The notes beneath the pieces were generated by a model. That model saw only the letters and a list, made by a program, of their open reading frames with translations, made no database searches and was not told the origin of the DNA. Below are positions 10,701-18,884 of a stretch of DNA of 64,000 nt, piece by piece (the first letter of the stretch is position 1; each line of letters begins with the position of its first letter). The translations under genes and the position numbers were made by a program. The DNA is from an uncultured Acidobacteriota bacterium (GTDB taxonomy: Bacteria; Acidobacteriota; Blastocatellia; RBC074): contig CAWCKY010000004.1 in NCBI GenBank assembly GCA_963796275.1, forward strand, positions 1,152,001-1,216,000. Direction: 5' to 3'.

Positions 10701-11134
10701 GTTTCGACAGCAACGCCTCCCTCGCTGACGGTTATATCCAGAGTTTCAGCCGTACCTCCAACCTTGAGCTGCGTATCGAGTCGCAGTTGCTGCGAAACCG
10801 TCAGCTGCGCGCGGATCTCGCGCGCCGTGAACCCCTCCGCCGAAATGCGCAGAGTGTATGTCCCCGGCGGTAAACTGGTGAATATATATGTACCTTCACT
10901 GTTGGTCGTCGCCGAACGAGCCAACCCAGTCTCGATCGACGTCAAGCCAACCTTCGCGCTGAAGACCAAAGCGCCCGTCTGATCGGTCACAATCCCGGTT
11001 ATCGAACCGGTATATGACTGCGCTTGCGCTGCTATCGATAGCGAAGAACAGAGCACGATAGTGACCAGCGCATTTAGAAAAACATCGGCAATGCGATTGC
11101 GATGCTTATCTCTCAGAAAAAAAATTGTATCCAC
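7757..11134 (-). CDS. TonB-dependent receptor (Oar type, N-terminal carboxypeptidase-regulatory-like domain)
   Basis: GSITGIVTDQTGA; LPLLSRNPYDL; EFRIQTNNYTAEYGR...TKSGTNDFHG; C-terminal QFRAEFFNLFNHPN...QLALKFIF. Confidence 0.95.
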   Translation of the reverse strand: MDTIFFLRDKHRNRIADVFLNALVTIVLCSSLSIAAQAQSYTGSITGIVTDQTGALVFSAKVGLTSIETGLARSATTNSEGTYIFTSLPPGTYTLRISAEGFTAREIRAQLTVSQQLRLDTQLKVGGTAETLDITVSEGGVAVETQNAQLSNVVTERQVKDLPLLSRNPYDLVALSAGATDGPDRGTGFMRGQGFAINGQRSQSGNFILDGGENNDTFSTGPGMTVPLDTIQEFRIQTNNYTAEYGRGSGFVANVVTKSGTNDFHGTVYEFNRNSALAANDSFNNANNFEKAFFNRNQFGLSGGGPVIKNKTFFFGSAEWLKIRSSVDTGFFVPTPQLLAASSAETNSIFTQSPTPAITGRSLTAADLGLTGLTSASGSAIAPDTPLFGRVSSPLPRDAGADLPQNTLLWTGRVDHAFSDRTSLFGRYAYERADGLVGTNSFSPYGGFTTAVNERNQNFTLQLTRTWSPSIVTESRFVYNRLLENQPLGAAPVSPTFFINEVIASQTDGDVVLPGYFATASTIAAAIPFGGPQNLYQGFSTLSWQVNNHTLKFGGQYIHIRDNRAFGAFQNAVADFGTVQDFIDGDIQDYQIAVDPGGRFPGDALNAPFTAPSFTRHFHYNEAALFAEDTFKITPRLTINAGLRWEYFGVLYSPGSERPLDANFYYGEGDNLIEQVANGRFDLTINQTGDLKNRFYRPDYNNFAPRIGVAYDLFGNNKTVLRAGYGIFYDRNFGNVLFNVIQNPPNYAVLVVGEANGALIRPNVDQYAALAGLSGQSYTSSARGLDQNMRTAYANVWNVNVQHELRNNFVFTLAYAGSNGIKLYSLNNVNRAGSGILLGREGERLNPTISSLNLRANDGHSNYNSFQASVDSRYIRRAGLQFRASYTWSHAIDNQSSTFGDSYLISRVGAGVFGSQDAFNPAADKGDADFDVRHRFVTSFNWDIPFAKNLNNGMLKTAFDGWAMNGVLSFRTGVPFTVFDTGQADNNGQQAIRPLATGTIPGTTLSPSADQGGTFDYLDFTGLSPSLSVNGPFIGTLGRNTFRAPGFQTWNVSFFRNIKVTESKRLQFRAEFFNLFNHPNLFIAGGTNNIAGSTTAVQVTRGGLFDNISNAEQHRNIQLALKFIF

Positions 11135-11222
11135 TTATACCTCCTTTAAACCTGCTGAAGATTTGTTTCTCTTACCGTTTTGTCTTTCCATTTCAATGAA
11201 TAGAAAAACAAGCAACAATCTG

Positions 11223-11239
11223 CGCAAGCCTTGTGCCTT
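11223..11239 (-). promoter_or_regulatory. Putative sigma-54 promoter for the TonB-dependent receptor
   Basis: Minus strand AAGGCACAAGGCTTGCG = GG-N10-GC with GGCAC/TTGC context, about 90 bp upstream of the start. Confidence 0.55.
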
Positions 11240-11537
11240 GTTGGTTATATGTCGAGCGCGTTCAGGGTTGAACTGTTACAAGAATTGCGCACTGCTGGGT
11301 TTAAGAGTGGTGATGCCGGAATTGAAAAGCACCGCTGAAGATTTGATGAATATAAATTCGGATTCAAATTTTCGTAAATTTAAAGGATTTTCGGAGGCGG
11401 GGCGCCGCAAAGCGGGAAAAAATTTCCGGAAGCGACTCTATTAATGGATGCCGAGTGATAGGTGGTATCTGGATTTTTTCTATCGATCGATCCCTGAAGG
11501 AGATTAGAAGCAATAGCGGCTACGAATCTCCTAACGA

Positions 11538-13211
11538 TTATCCGATCTTGATGCCGATGCTCTCCAGAAACTTGGTCGGTTTTTCTCCGCCGATCAGGGC
11601 GAAGACGAAGTCGTTCTTGAATCGCTCGGTCTCTTTCGCAGTCTCGGCATCGCGCGAACGTGCGCTCATCAAGACAACTTCGCTGGGAGTGATCTCTTTT
11701 ATCGTTTGGCCGAAGTATGCTTTTATCTTTCCTTCGTCGATGCATTCATAAACCAGCATCTTATTGGCGAGCTTTACGTCGCCCTTGAAATTGCTGCGGA
11801 TGAGAAGGGAAACTATGTTGTCTCGCCAGCCGGCAATTCGCGAACCGTCCTCGGAACGATATGCCGTAAGATCAACCGCCGCCTCGACCGCGGAGTTGCC
11901 GGCTCCGACGACCAGGATGTGTTTGCCCGAAAAATCATTGGGATCGACCAGCTTGTATTTCACTTTCTCTTCATCGTAAGGCGGGCGCGGCCGCGGGATG
12001 TATCGCGATCCGCATTGCTGGCAGAATTTGTCATCTCCCAGGCGGCCGGCGCCGCACATCTCGCAGAAATCGGGAAAGACAAACCCGTGCGTGGTGATCG
12101 TGACCTTGATATTTTCACCGGCGACATTCAAACGCTGCGGGGTTCCGCGGTTGCCGATCGACAGTACAACGCGGCGCACCTTGTACTGCATCTTCAGTTT
12201 CGATTTATACTGCTCGGTCATGACCACAAAGCCATCGCCTTCGCGTTTGACGTCTTTGCAGCTCTCGTTTTCATTGATGACGAGCCCGTTCGATTTCACG
12301 GTCGACATCCACGACCCGATCATTTCTTCTTTGATTCCGCCCGCCCCATCCAGCTGGATCCCGCCATTCACCAGCTGTTCGGCGGGATTGAAGTAGACGA
12401 ATTTACCGGCCTGATAGGTCTGCTGAATTGTGGCGGCGATCTGATCCTGCTCGATGGCGATGTATTTCAGCCCGCGCTGGTTAGCGAGCGCGGTGGCAGA
12501 CAGCCCGGCCGGTCCGATGCCGATAATCGCCACGTCATATTCGCCGTTCCCGTTTTTGCCGGCTTGTTGCAGATCCTGGTAGACATATTCGATCACAGCC
12601 CCACCCTCGTTGATCGCGTTCTTTATCAAAGGCACGCCCGAGACATCGCCGATCAGATAGATTCCCGGAATATTCGTCATGAAACTCTGATCGCGCTTGG
12701 GAACCTTTCGCAGCGGGATATTTTTCGAGGTGTTGACGAGGATACACGACTTCGGGACGGTCGGACATTCGACCTCACAGCCGGTGTCCTCCATACACTG
12801 CTCGACCGCTACCGTGATGGCCTTGCCGTTGACCATTGCGAGTACGTCGTGCGGGCAGGCATCGACGCAGGCGTGACATCCAATGCAGGTTCCGATATTG
12901 ATCACCGGATGAGGATACGACGGCCCCTTGGGGTCGAGCATCGCTCTGGGCAATTCTCCGGAAACGGAACCCGGCTCTTCCTCCGGCACGACCTTCTCTT
13001 CCGCCTCAGCCATCGCCTCGAGCACACGGCTGCGGCGTTTTTTCGTGTCTATCAGGACGAGGGCTATCACGAGGAACATGGTGAGCAGTGTCAGGCTGCC
13101 CCAGCCGACCCACGGTACGGCGCCGTAACTGACCGGAAGTGAAGTGGCGAAAGCAACAACCAGTAAGAGAACGAGGAAAAATAGTGTGATAATCAGGTGT
13201 GATCGCTTCAT
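11538..13211 (-). CDS. Membrane-anchored ferredoxin/TrxR-like FAD-NAD(P) oxidoreductase with zinc-ribbon insert
   Basis: Two N-terminal TM helices; CIGCHACVDACP and CMEDTGCEVECP; TNIPGIYLIGD; IIGIGPAG; VVGAGNSA; CEMCG...FCQQCG. Confidence 0.88.
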   Translation of the reverse strand: MKRSHLIITLFFLVLLLVVAFATSLPVSYGAVPWVGWGSLTLLTMFLVIALVLIDTKKRRSRVLEAMAEAEEKVVPEEEPGSVSGELPRAMLDPKGPSYPHPVINIGTCIGCHACVDACPHDVLAMVNGKAITVAVEQCMEDTGCEVECPTVPKSCILVNTSKNIPLRKVPKRDQSFMTNIPGIYLIGDVSGVPLIKNAINEGGAVIEYVYQDLQQAGKNGNGEYDVAIIGIGPAGLSATALANQRGLKYIAIEQDQIAATIQQTYQAGKFVYFNPAEQLVNGGIQLDGAGGIKEEMIGSWMSTVKSNGLVINENESCKDVKREGDGFVVMTEQYKSKLKMQYKVRRVVLSIGNRGTPQRLNVAGENIKVTITTHGFVFPDFCEMCGAGRLGDDKFCQQCGSRYIPRPRPPYDEEKVKYKLVDPNDFSGKHILVVGAGNSAVEAAVDLTAYRSEDGSRIAGWRDNIVSLLIRSNFKGDVKLANKMLVYECIDEGKIKAYFGQTIKEITPSEVVLMSARSRDAETAKETERFKNDFVFALIGGEKPTKFLESIGIKIG

Positions 13212-13228
13212 ATCGTGCCTTTTCTCGT

Positions 13229-14371
13229 TTACGCCCTCTTGCGAATATCACTCCGCAACCTGCCATTGACCGCATCGATCACTACTTCCGCATTCGTCAC
13301 ACGTTGGAATGTATCGAAAGCGGCGTGCTCGATCGCCGCAATCAATGCTGAATGCAAACCCCGGGCGCCGGTTCCGCGTTTCAAGCTGCGCTCGACGATG
13401 TAGCTAATGGCAGCATCGGTAACGGTCAGATGCAAACCTTCTACTTTGAATTCGCGAACGAACTGCGGCAGGACATTGTCATGCAGTATTCGCCGCAGCG
13501 TCTCAACGGGCAACGGATGGAACCTGACGATGCGCGCGAAGCGGCCCATAAGTTCAGGCAGAAATCCGTATCGTTGAAACATCTCGATCTCTTCCAGGAC
13601 CGGCGACTGGTCGCTTTCCCTGATGCCATCTCGGTCGCGAAAGCCGATCAACTTCGACTCATTCTTGATCAGGTCGTCCATCCCGGAAAATGTCCCGCAA
13701 GCGATGAAGGGAATGTCGCGCGTCGAAAGCGGCGCGCGTTGACTGTAAGCCGAATAGCCGTAATCCATCGGAACCATAATCTCCGTCCCCTCAACGATCT
13801 TGAGCAACTCGCGCTGCACGCCGTATCCCGAAACGTCTTTCGTGGTCCCCTCTCCGGCAAACCGCGAGTTGCTGGTCGACGAGGCAAGCTTGTCGAATTC
13901 GTCGAGGCAGACTATCCCGCACGAGGCTATGAGCAGATTCCCCTCGGCGGCATAAACGAGCCGCGTCAGAATCGTACTGACGTCATCACCGATGTATCCG
14001 CTCTCGGTGAAGCTCGTAATATCTACTATCACCGTGGGCAACTGGAATATCTGCTGGAAAAGCAGTTCGACTAAAAACGTTTTCCCACAACCCGTCGGCC
14101 CGGCCATCAAAGTGTTCTGCTTCGGCGGCAGTTGCCGGCGCGTGTCATTGTTCACATGCAGCCGCTTGAGACGCCGGATGTGCCGATAGGCCATCAACGA
14201 CAAGGCGCGGCGCGGCTCTTCCTGACCTTTGTAGCCCAGTTGCTCCAACCGCTCGGCGATCTCCGGTGGCGCAATTACGGGCAGGACATGGATGAATTCG
14301 CGAAAACTCTCCCGCTCGCGCTCAGAAGTATCGAAAAAGTCCGGATTGTCGTCTTCAGATGAGTAGTTCAT
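13229..14371 (-). CDS. ClpX-like AAA+ ATPase lacking the N-terminal zinc-binding domain
   Basis: GQEEPRRALS, GPTGCGKT, TESGYIGDDV, LDEFDKLA, DVSGYGVQRELLKIVEG, IGF loop, PELMGRF, GTGARGL. Confidence 0.9.
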   Translation of the reverse strand: MNYSSEDDNPDFFDTSERERESFREFIHVLPVIAPPEIAERLEQLGYKGQEEPRRALSLMAYRHIRRLKRLHVNNDTRRQLPPKQNTLMAGPTGCGKTFLVELLFQQIFQLPTVIVDITSFTESGYIGDDVSTILTRLVYAAEGNLLIASCGIVCLDEFDKLASSTSNSRFAGEGTTKDVSGYGVQRELLKIVEGTEIMVPMDYGYSAYSQRAPLSTRDIPFIACGTFSGMDDLIKNESKLIGFRDRDGIRESDQSPVLEEIEMFQRYGFLPELMGRFARIVRFHPLPVETLRRILHDNVLPQFVREFKVEGLHLTVTDAAISYIVERSLKRGTGARGLHSALIAAIEHAAFDTFQRVTNAEVVIDAVNGRLRSDIRKRA

Positions 14372-14374
14372 CGG

Positions 14375-14506
14375 AATTATGGATAATAATCATAATGGGC
14401 GTAGCGAGTACCCATTATCAGCCATGAATTGAAACTATTCATTATCAATTATCAATTCTCAATTATCCATTATCAACTCTCGATTATCCATTATCAATTC
14501 TCAATT
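14375..14506. repeat. Heptamer ATTATC(A/C)/TATCAAT repeat tract (related tracts at 21765-21850, 29311-29385)
   Basis: 7-bp periodic units with complementary GGATAAT/TTGATAG arms. Confidence 0.75.
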
Positions 14507-15987
14507 CTTCCCATCCTTCTGATGCTAGCCCGCAAATCTTTCTCCTCGCCGTGTTGTGAATGACAAGAAATGCAGAGTGGGCCGGTGTCCCTGGCGCTCC
14601 CCACAAACCTCAGCGCTCGCTCGGCAAAACCCAGATTAGCATTAAGGGCCTGAGTATCGGCCTGTGTCGCGCGCGTCCCGTGACAGCTGGCGCACGACTC
14701 GCGCACTCCCTGCTTCACGGCATCTCCTTCAAAGCCGGCCGTATGGCAATCGGTGCAAATATTTCGGCCTTGCTGGCGGCCTCCCGTATGGACCAGATGG
14801 AACTGCTCCTTCAGACTGAATTGCGAGGTCGAACCGGGCAAGTCTTTGCGCGACCACTCCGCCTGCGAGATACCGCTCCAGGTCCATTGTCCGTTGTTGA
14901 CCGGATAGCCAAATGTTCCGCCGTGCGGCGTCTTGAGCGGCTTGTTCGTTTCGGGCGATATGAATCCGCTTCCGTCACGATGGCAACCCGTGCATGCGAT
15001 ATTTGCAACGAAGGCCGGCCTGAATTCCTGCCCGTGATGTTCACTATGGCAGTATGTGCAGGTCAATCCAACTTTCAGATGAATGTCGGAAACATCGGAC
15101 TTAAATGCCGTCGTCTGGTGACAGGTAGCGCAATTCTGGTTCAGCGAAGAGGTGAGCCCATGGCATTGCGTACAGGAATTGCCATTTGCTGTCTTCGCTA
15201 TCGCTGGCATCATGGATAGATCGGCGCGCAGATGCGGGTTCGACAGCGTCCCCGGCGAATATACGTTCTTGAAGGCGAATGTCGCGCTCACGGCGAACAC
15301 AGTCACTATCAGCGTCCCCCAGACGAAGAGCGATCCGGGCCAGGGACGCAGCAGATCGAGCGTCGGAAACCAGTTGAATTGGGCTTTGCCCAATCCCGCT
15401 TTCCCCGAAGGTCTGAGAGGCGAATCGCTCGTTAATTTGCCCGCCTCGCGCATACGCTTATCCCAGAAGACCTTGAGAGACTGCGCCTCGCCCGGGTTGA
15501 GCAGGCCCGTGAGCATTCCCGTTCCGGCTAGACGCCGCGTCCCTTTCGGCGTGGTCTTCTCGCGCTGCAATTTCGCAAGCTGGCTGAGGTCGAGCCTGAT
15601 CGTCCGCCTGTCCTCATTCGGAATCTGAAGCTGGCTCAGTGTCGAAGACTCAATGGGCAAAGGTTTGACGCTCATCTCCACGTCGATCTGCAAACCCTCG
15701 CTCGTATATTTCGGGTATAGAAAAAATGGCCCCACCTGAATCAAATCGCCATCCGCCAGCGGCGTCTGTTCTATCAACTCGCCATTGAGCAAAGTGCCGT
15801 TGGCTTCCGACAGATTGAATATCCAATAATCGCCATTTATCTCTTTAACACCCGCATGCGTCCGGGACACGGTCGGATGATTGAGCGCCAAGTCGTTGCC
15901 GGTCAACCGGCCGATAGTTAAGCCCTCGCTCTCGATCTCTACCGGATCTAGGTTGATGTCTTTTCGATTGACGAGAAAATTGCTCAT
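14494..15987 (-). CDS. FHA domain-TM-heptaheme c-type cytochrome
   Basis: FHA motifs IGR...VSRTHA...ANGT; one TM helix; seven CxxCH (CTQCH, CATCH, CTYCH, CTGCH, CTDCH, CASCH, CISCH). Confidence 0.92.
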   Translation of the reverse strand: MSNFLVNRKDINLDPVEIESEGLTIGRLTGNDLALNHPTVSRTHAGVKEINGDYWIFNLSEANGTLLNGELIEQTPLADGDLIQVGPFFLYPKYTSEGLQIDVEMSVKPLPIESSTLSQLQIPNEDRRTIRLDLSQLAKLQREKTTPKGTRRLAGTGMLTGLLNPGEAQSLKVFWDKRMREAGKLTSDSPLRPSGKAGLGKAQFNWFPTLDLLRPWPGSLFVWGTLIVTVFAVSATFAFKNVYSPGTLSNPHLRADLSMMPAIAKTANGNSCTQCHGLTSSLNQNCATCHQTTAFKSDVSDIHLKVGLTCTYCHSEHHGQEFRPAFVANIACTGCHRDGSGFISPETNKPLKTPHGGTFGYPVNNGQWTWSGISQAEWSRKDLPGSTSQFSLKEQFHLVHTGGRQQGRNICTDCHTAGFEGDAVKQGVRESCASCHGTRATQADTQALNANLGFAERALRFVGSARDTGPLCISCHSQHGEEKDLRASIRRMGRIEN

Positions 15988-15990
15988 ATA

Positions 15991-18453
15991 TCAATTCGCC
16001 AAGAAATAGATGACCTGTATTAAATGAACGATCATCAAGGCCAGCATTATCGATGTGAAAACTACGTGCGGCGCAAGCCAAAGTTTAAGCGACTGATGCA
16101 GATAGATCAGCGCATCGACGCGCCGCATGGTCGCAGCCTTCTCGATCGCGCTGAAAAGGTTCCCTCGTTCGTAGGGCGAGAGGGTCTCGACTTCCTGCTC
16201 GAACTTCTGATTGGTTTCCAAGATCAATTGGTCGAGCGTCTCACGCTTAAAGTATTGGCGAAAGAGGAAGCCGAACGAGAAGAGACGCGGAAGCACCTGT
16301 TGTTGTATGAATACCCGCGCGTCCGGAGTTGCCGCAGCCATCGCCTCGCCCAGTTCGCTACTCAACTCATCGCGGCGCTTCATCAAATCTTCGATCAGCA
16401 GCGGCTGTCCCTCGATCTTGGTCAGCAACCTCGGAGCGAAATAGTAGAGCAGAATGCCCAGCAGACCGGTCAACACAACCAGATCGAACGAGATCATGAG
16501 CGAAGTCGTCAGTACCCCTCCTGATTCGGTTCCCCCGTGGAGCAGGAGAGTGATGCCTCCGATCACACCCAGGTAGCCGTGCGATAGCAGCCAGTAACGC
16601 AGCGGTCCGGCCCGCCGTTTGTAAATCTGCCTCCGAACCGGATATGCCATGACTCCGGCGACCCCGATTAAACCAACGATACCCGTCAGCCAGCGCATAT
16701 CGAACCACGTGCCGATGAACGGGGACTCGAGACCATAGTTCACCAAACCAAGCGCCGTCAGCGCGGTCATGATCAGCGTCAGCGCGATCCCGACGACGTG
16801 CATAACGCGCTTCCCGAAATCCTTGTGCGAGCTATGCTTGAGGATCGCGTGCGTCGAATCCCTGAAGATTACGCCTTCGATATTTTTTATCTCGGCGAAA
16901 TAGACGCGCGGATCGACGCGGAGCAATGACCCGGTCGGGCAATTTTCCTCACAGCTGTAAGCCTGTCGCTTCGCTCCCAGCGGATTGATCGCCTTGCCCG
17001 CGCAGAGATTGCACTTAACGGCCAGGAGATCTTCGGTCTGCTCTACCGCGGGCGGCACCTTCTCGGGCGCGATCCCAAACCACTTTTGCCAGCGGGTCTT
17101 CCCGTTCACGCCATTGGTGCGCGCCGGAACCATTGAGATGGCATTATACGGACATTGGGTGGCGCAATCGGCACAGCCGATACAGGTGGCCGGATCTATG
17201 TCGACCTGTCCATCGGAGAAACGGCCGATGGAGCCAGTCGGGCAACCGGTCAGACACTCCGGATCTTTGCAATGCAAACAGACGGCGGGTGCCAGGAGGC
17301 TCTGGAACGCGGCCTTCTGCTTGAGCGCGAATGGCCGTGTGATGTGTATCCCCTCACGCAGCAGACGGGATTGCCCATGAATCTCGTGACACGCCAGAGA
17401 ACAATTGCCGCAGCGGATGCACAAATCCATATCCATCACGAGCAGATTGGTGGCATCGACCAATCCCGTCTCGATCAAGTCTTCCTGCGATTTCGCGATC
17501 GGCAGCGGCTGTCTCCTCTGCGAGATGTCGCGCGGTGCGATGTTCGAAAAAGCGAGCAATAAGGTCTCGCGCAGTTCCGGAGACTGCCGCAGCTTCGAGA
17601 TCGAAATCTCCAGGACCTCGGTGCGGCCGAGCAGCGTACAGGTTTGATCCCATTCGCCTGAATGCGTGATCGCTTCGATTCCGAAGCAATGCGACGGCCC
17701 GACGTAAGTTGATCCCGCCTTGACGTTCCAGTTGCGCGTCTCACCATCCGTTATCTCTTCGGATGTCGAGATATTTGTGAGCTGCATCGGCGGCGTGAGG
17801 CGGGCCCATCCGGATTTGATCAGATAGAGCCTTCGAATCGACTCGCCGGCGCGGAAAAGGACGTGATTTTTCGCATAGACGCGGAATTGCGAAATAGCCT
17901 CGAGTTGAGAGATCGCCTCATCGCTCAGTTGCGTGGTGGACTTGATATCCTGCACCGTTGCGGAACGGCCGTTGCGGCGGTAAGCCGAATCGAGGGCTTC
18001 GCCGAACTTTGGGAGCTTGCGGAGCAATCGCAAAGCCGGCCTTTGCAACTCCAACACCTGTACCGGCTGGTCGGCGGGCGCCATCACCGTCGCCGCACGC
18101 GGGACCCCCGCCAGAACCGACATCTCGCCGAACTGCATTCCCACCGGAATCTCCGAGACTTTCGTCATCCTTCCGGCATCGCGGATCATCACATCCGCTT
18201 TGCCCGAGACAACTATGTAAAAACTGTTGCCGCCCCAATCCCCTTCCCGCACTATCTCCTCACCCGGACCGTAGGTCAGCAAACGCACATAGGGACCTAC
18301 TTTCTTCCCATTGTAATTGCGGCCGTATACGATTACCTCCAGATCGAGCTCGTACTCATAATGTCCTTCAAGCTTTGCCGTCAAATCGGCTATTGCTCCT
18401 ACGCTTTCAATCGCTGCTAACACCTCGCGATGCTTGATGGTTTCTTGTGGCAT
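15991..18453 (-). CDS. Tandem cNMP-binding + 4x[4Fe-4S] (DmsB/NrfC-like) + His-containing membrane domain protein
   Basis: FGEMSVLAGVPRAATV; second degenerate cNMP domain; CIRCGNCSLAC, CLHCKDPECLTGCP, CIGCADCATQCP, KCNLC...CEENCP; C-terminal TMs with two H-x13-H pairs. Confidence 0.9.
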   Translation of the reverse strand: MPQETIKHREVLAAIESVGAIADLTAKLEGHYEYELDLEVIVYGRNYNGKKVGPYVRLLTYGPGEEIVREGDWGGNSFYIVVSGKADVMIRDAGRMTKVSEIPVGMQFGEMSVLAGVPRAATVMAPADQPVQVLELQRPALRLLRKLPKFGEALDSAYRRNGRSATVQDIKSTTQLSDEAISQLEAISQFRVYAKNHVLFRAGESIRRLYLIKSGWARLTPPMQLTNISTSEEITDGETRNWNVKAGSTYVGPSHCFGIEAITHSGEWDQTCTLLGRTEVLEISISKLRQSPELRETLLLAFSNIAPRDISQRRQPLPIAKSQEDLIETGLVDATNLLVMDMDLCIRCGNCSLACHEIHGQSRLLREGIHITRPFALKQKAAFQSLLAPAVCLHCKDPECLTGCPTGSIGRFSDGQVDIDPATCIGCADCATQCPYNAISMVPARTNGVNGKTRWQKWFGIAPEKVPPAVEQTEDLLAVKCNLCAGKAINPLGAKRQAYSCEENCPTGSLLRVDPRVYFAEIKNIEGVIFRDSTHAILKHSSHKDFGKRVMHVVGIALTLIMTALTALGLVNYGLESPFIGTWFDMRWLTGIVGLIGVAGVMAYPVRRQIYKRRAGPLRYWLLSHGYLGVIGGITLLLHGGTESGGVLTTSLMISFDLVVLTGLLGILLYYFAPRLLTKIEGQPLLIEDLMKRRDELSSELGEAMAAATPDARVFIQQQVLPRLFSFGFLFRQYFKRETLDQLILETNQKFEQEVETLSPYERGNLFSAIEKAATMRRVDALIYLHQSLKLWLAPHVVFTSIMLALMIVHLIQVIYFLAN

Positions 18454-18723
18454 AGTATTTTCAGTGTTTCAATATAAAAACAATATTTAATCCGTTTTTT
18501 TAGGATTTCTAAGGGAGAACGACCGATGATGATAGCTCATTTTTAGTGCCTCGAGGGGAGTTAGTCAATGGATATTTCGGGCTTTTTGATTTCCATTAGC
18601 GGATATCATAACCCGAATTTTCATAAACATCCTTTATATAGACTAATCTTATACAAGAGGCGGTGAGGGATTTAATTCAATTGTGTAAATGGGGCTAACA
18701 ACAAAGGGCACACGTGCCAAAGG

Positions 18724-18835
18724 GGGCATTTATCATTGTTTAGTTGTCATTTTTACATCTTACATTTGTCACTGACTCGCACGATGGGCAACGAAATGAC
18801 AACTGTAAAATGATAAATGTAAAATGATAAATTCC
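18724..18835. repeat. Palindromic element GGCATTTATC...GATAAAT(T/G)CC built of 7-bp units
   Basis: Same family as the tandem pair at 41342-41544. Confidence 0.75.
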
Positions 18836-18884
18836 AGAATAACCACTATTCTATATTATTAATCTTTTTGCTTCCCGCCTCTGA

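Noticed and set aside
11706-13142. Long antisense ORFs (478 aa here; also 8555-9598, 13352-14074, 27489-28355, 49233-49988, 51777-52610, 63222-63926)
   Set aside because: They shadow well-supported genes on the opposite strand and have no recognisable motifs; expected from codon bias.
18454-18720. CRP or sigma-54 site upstream of the redox operon
   Set aside because: No TGTGA-N6-TCACA found by eye; TGGCAC near 18714-18719 lacks the GC at the required spacing.
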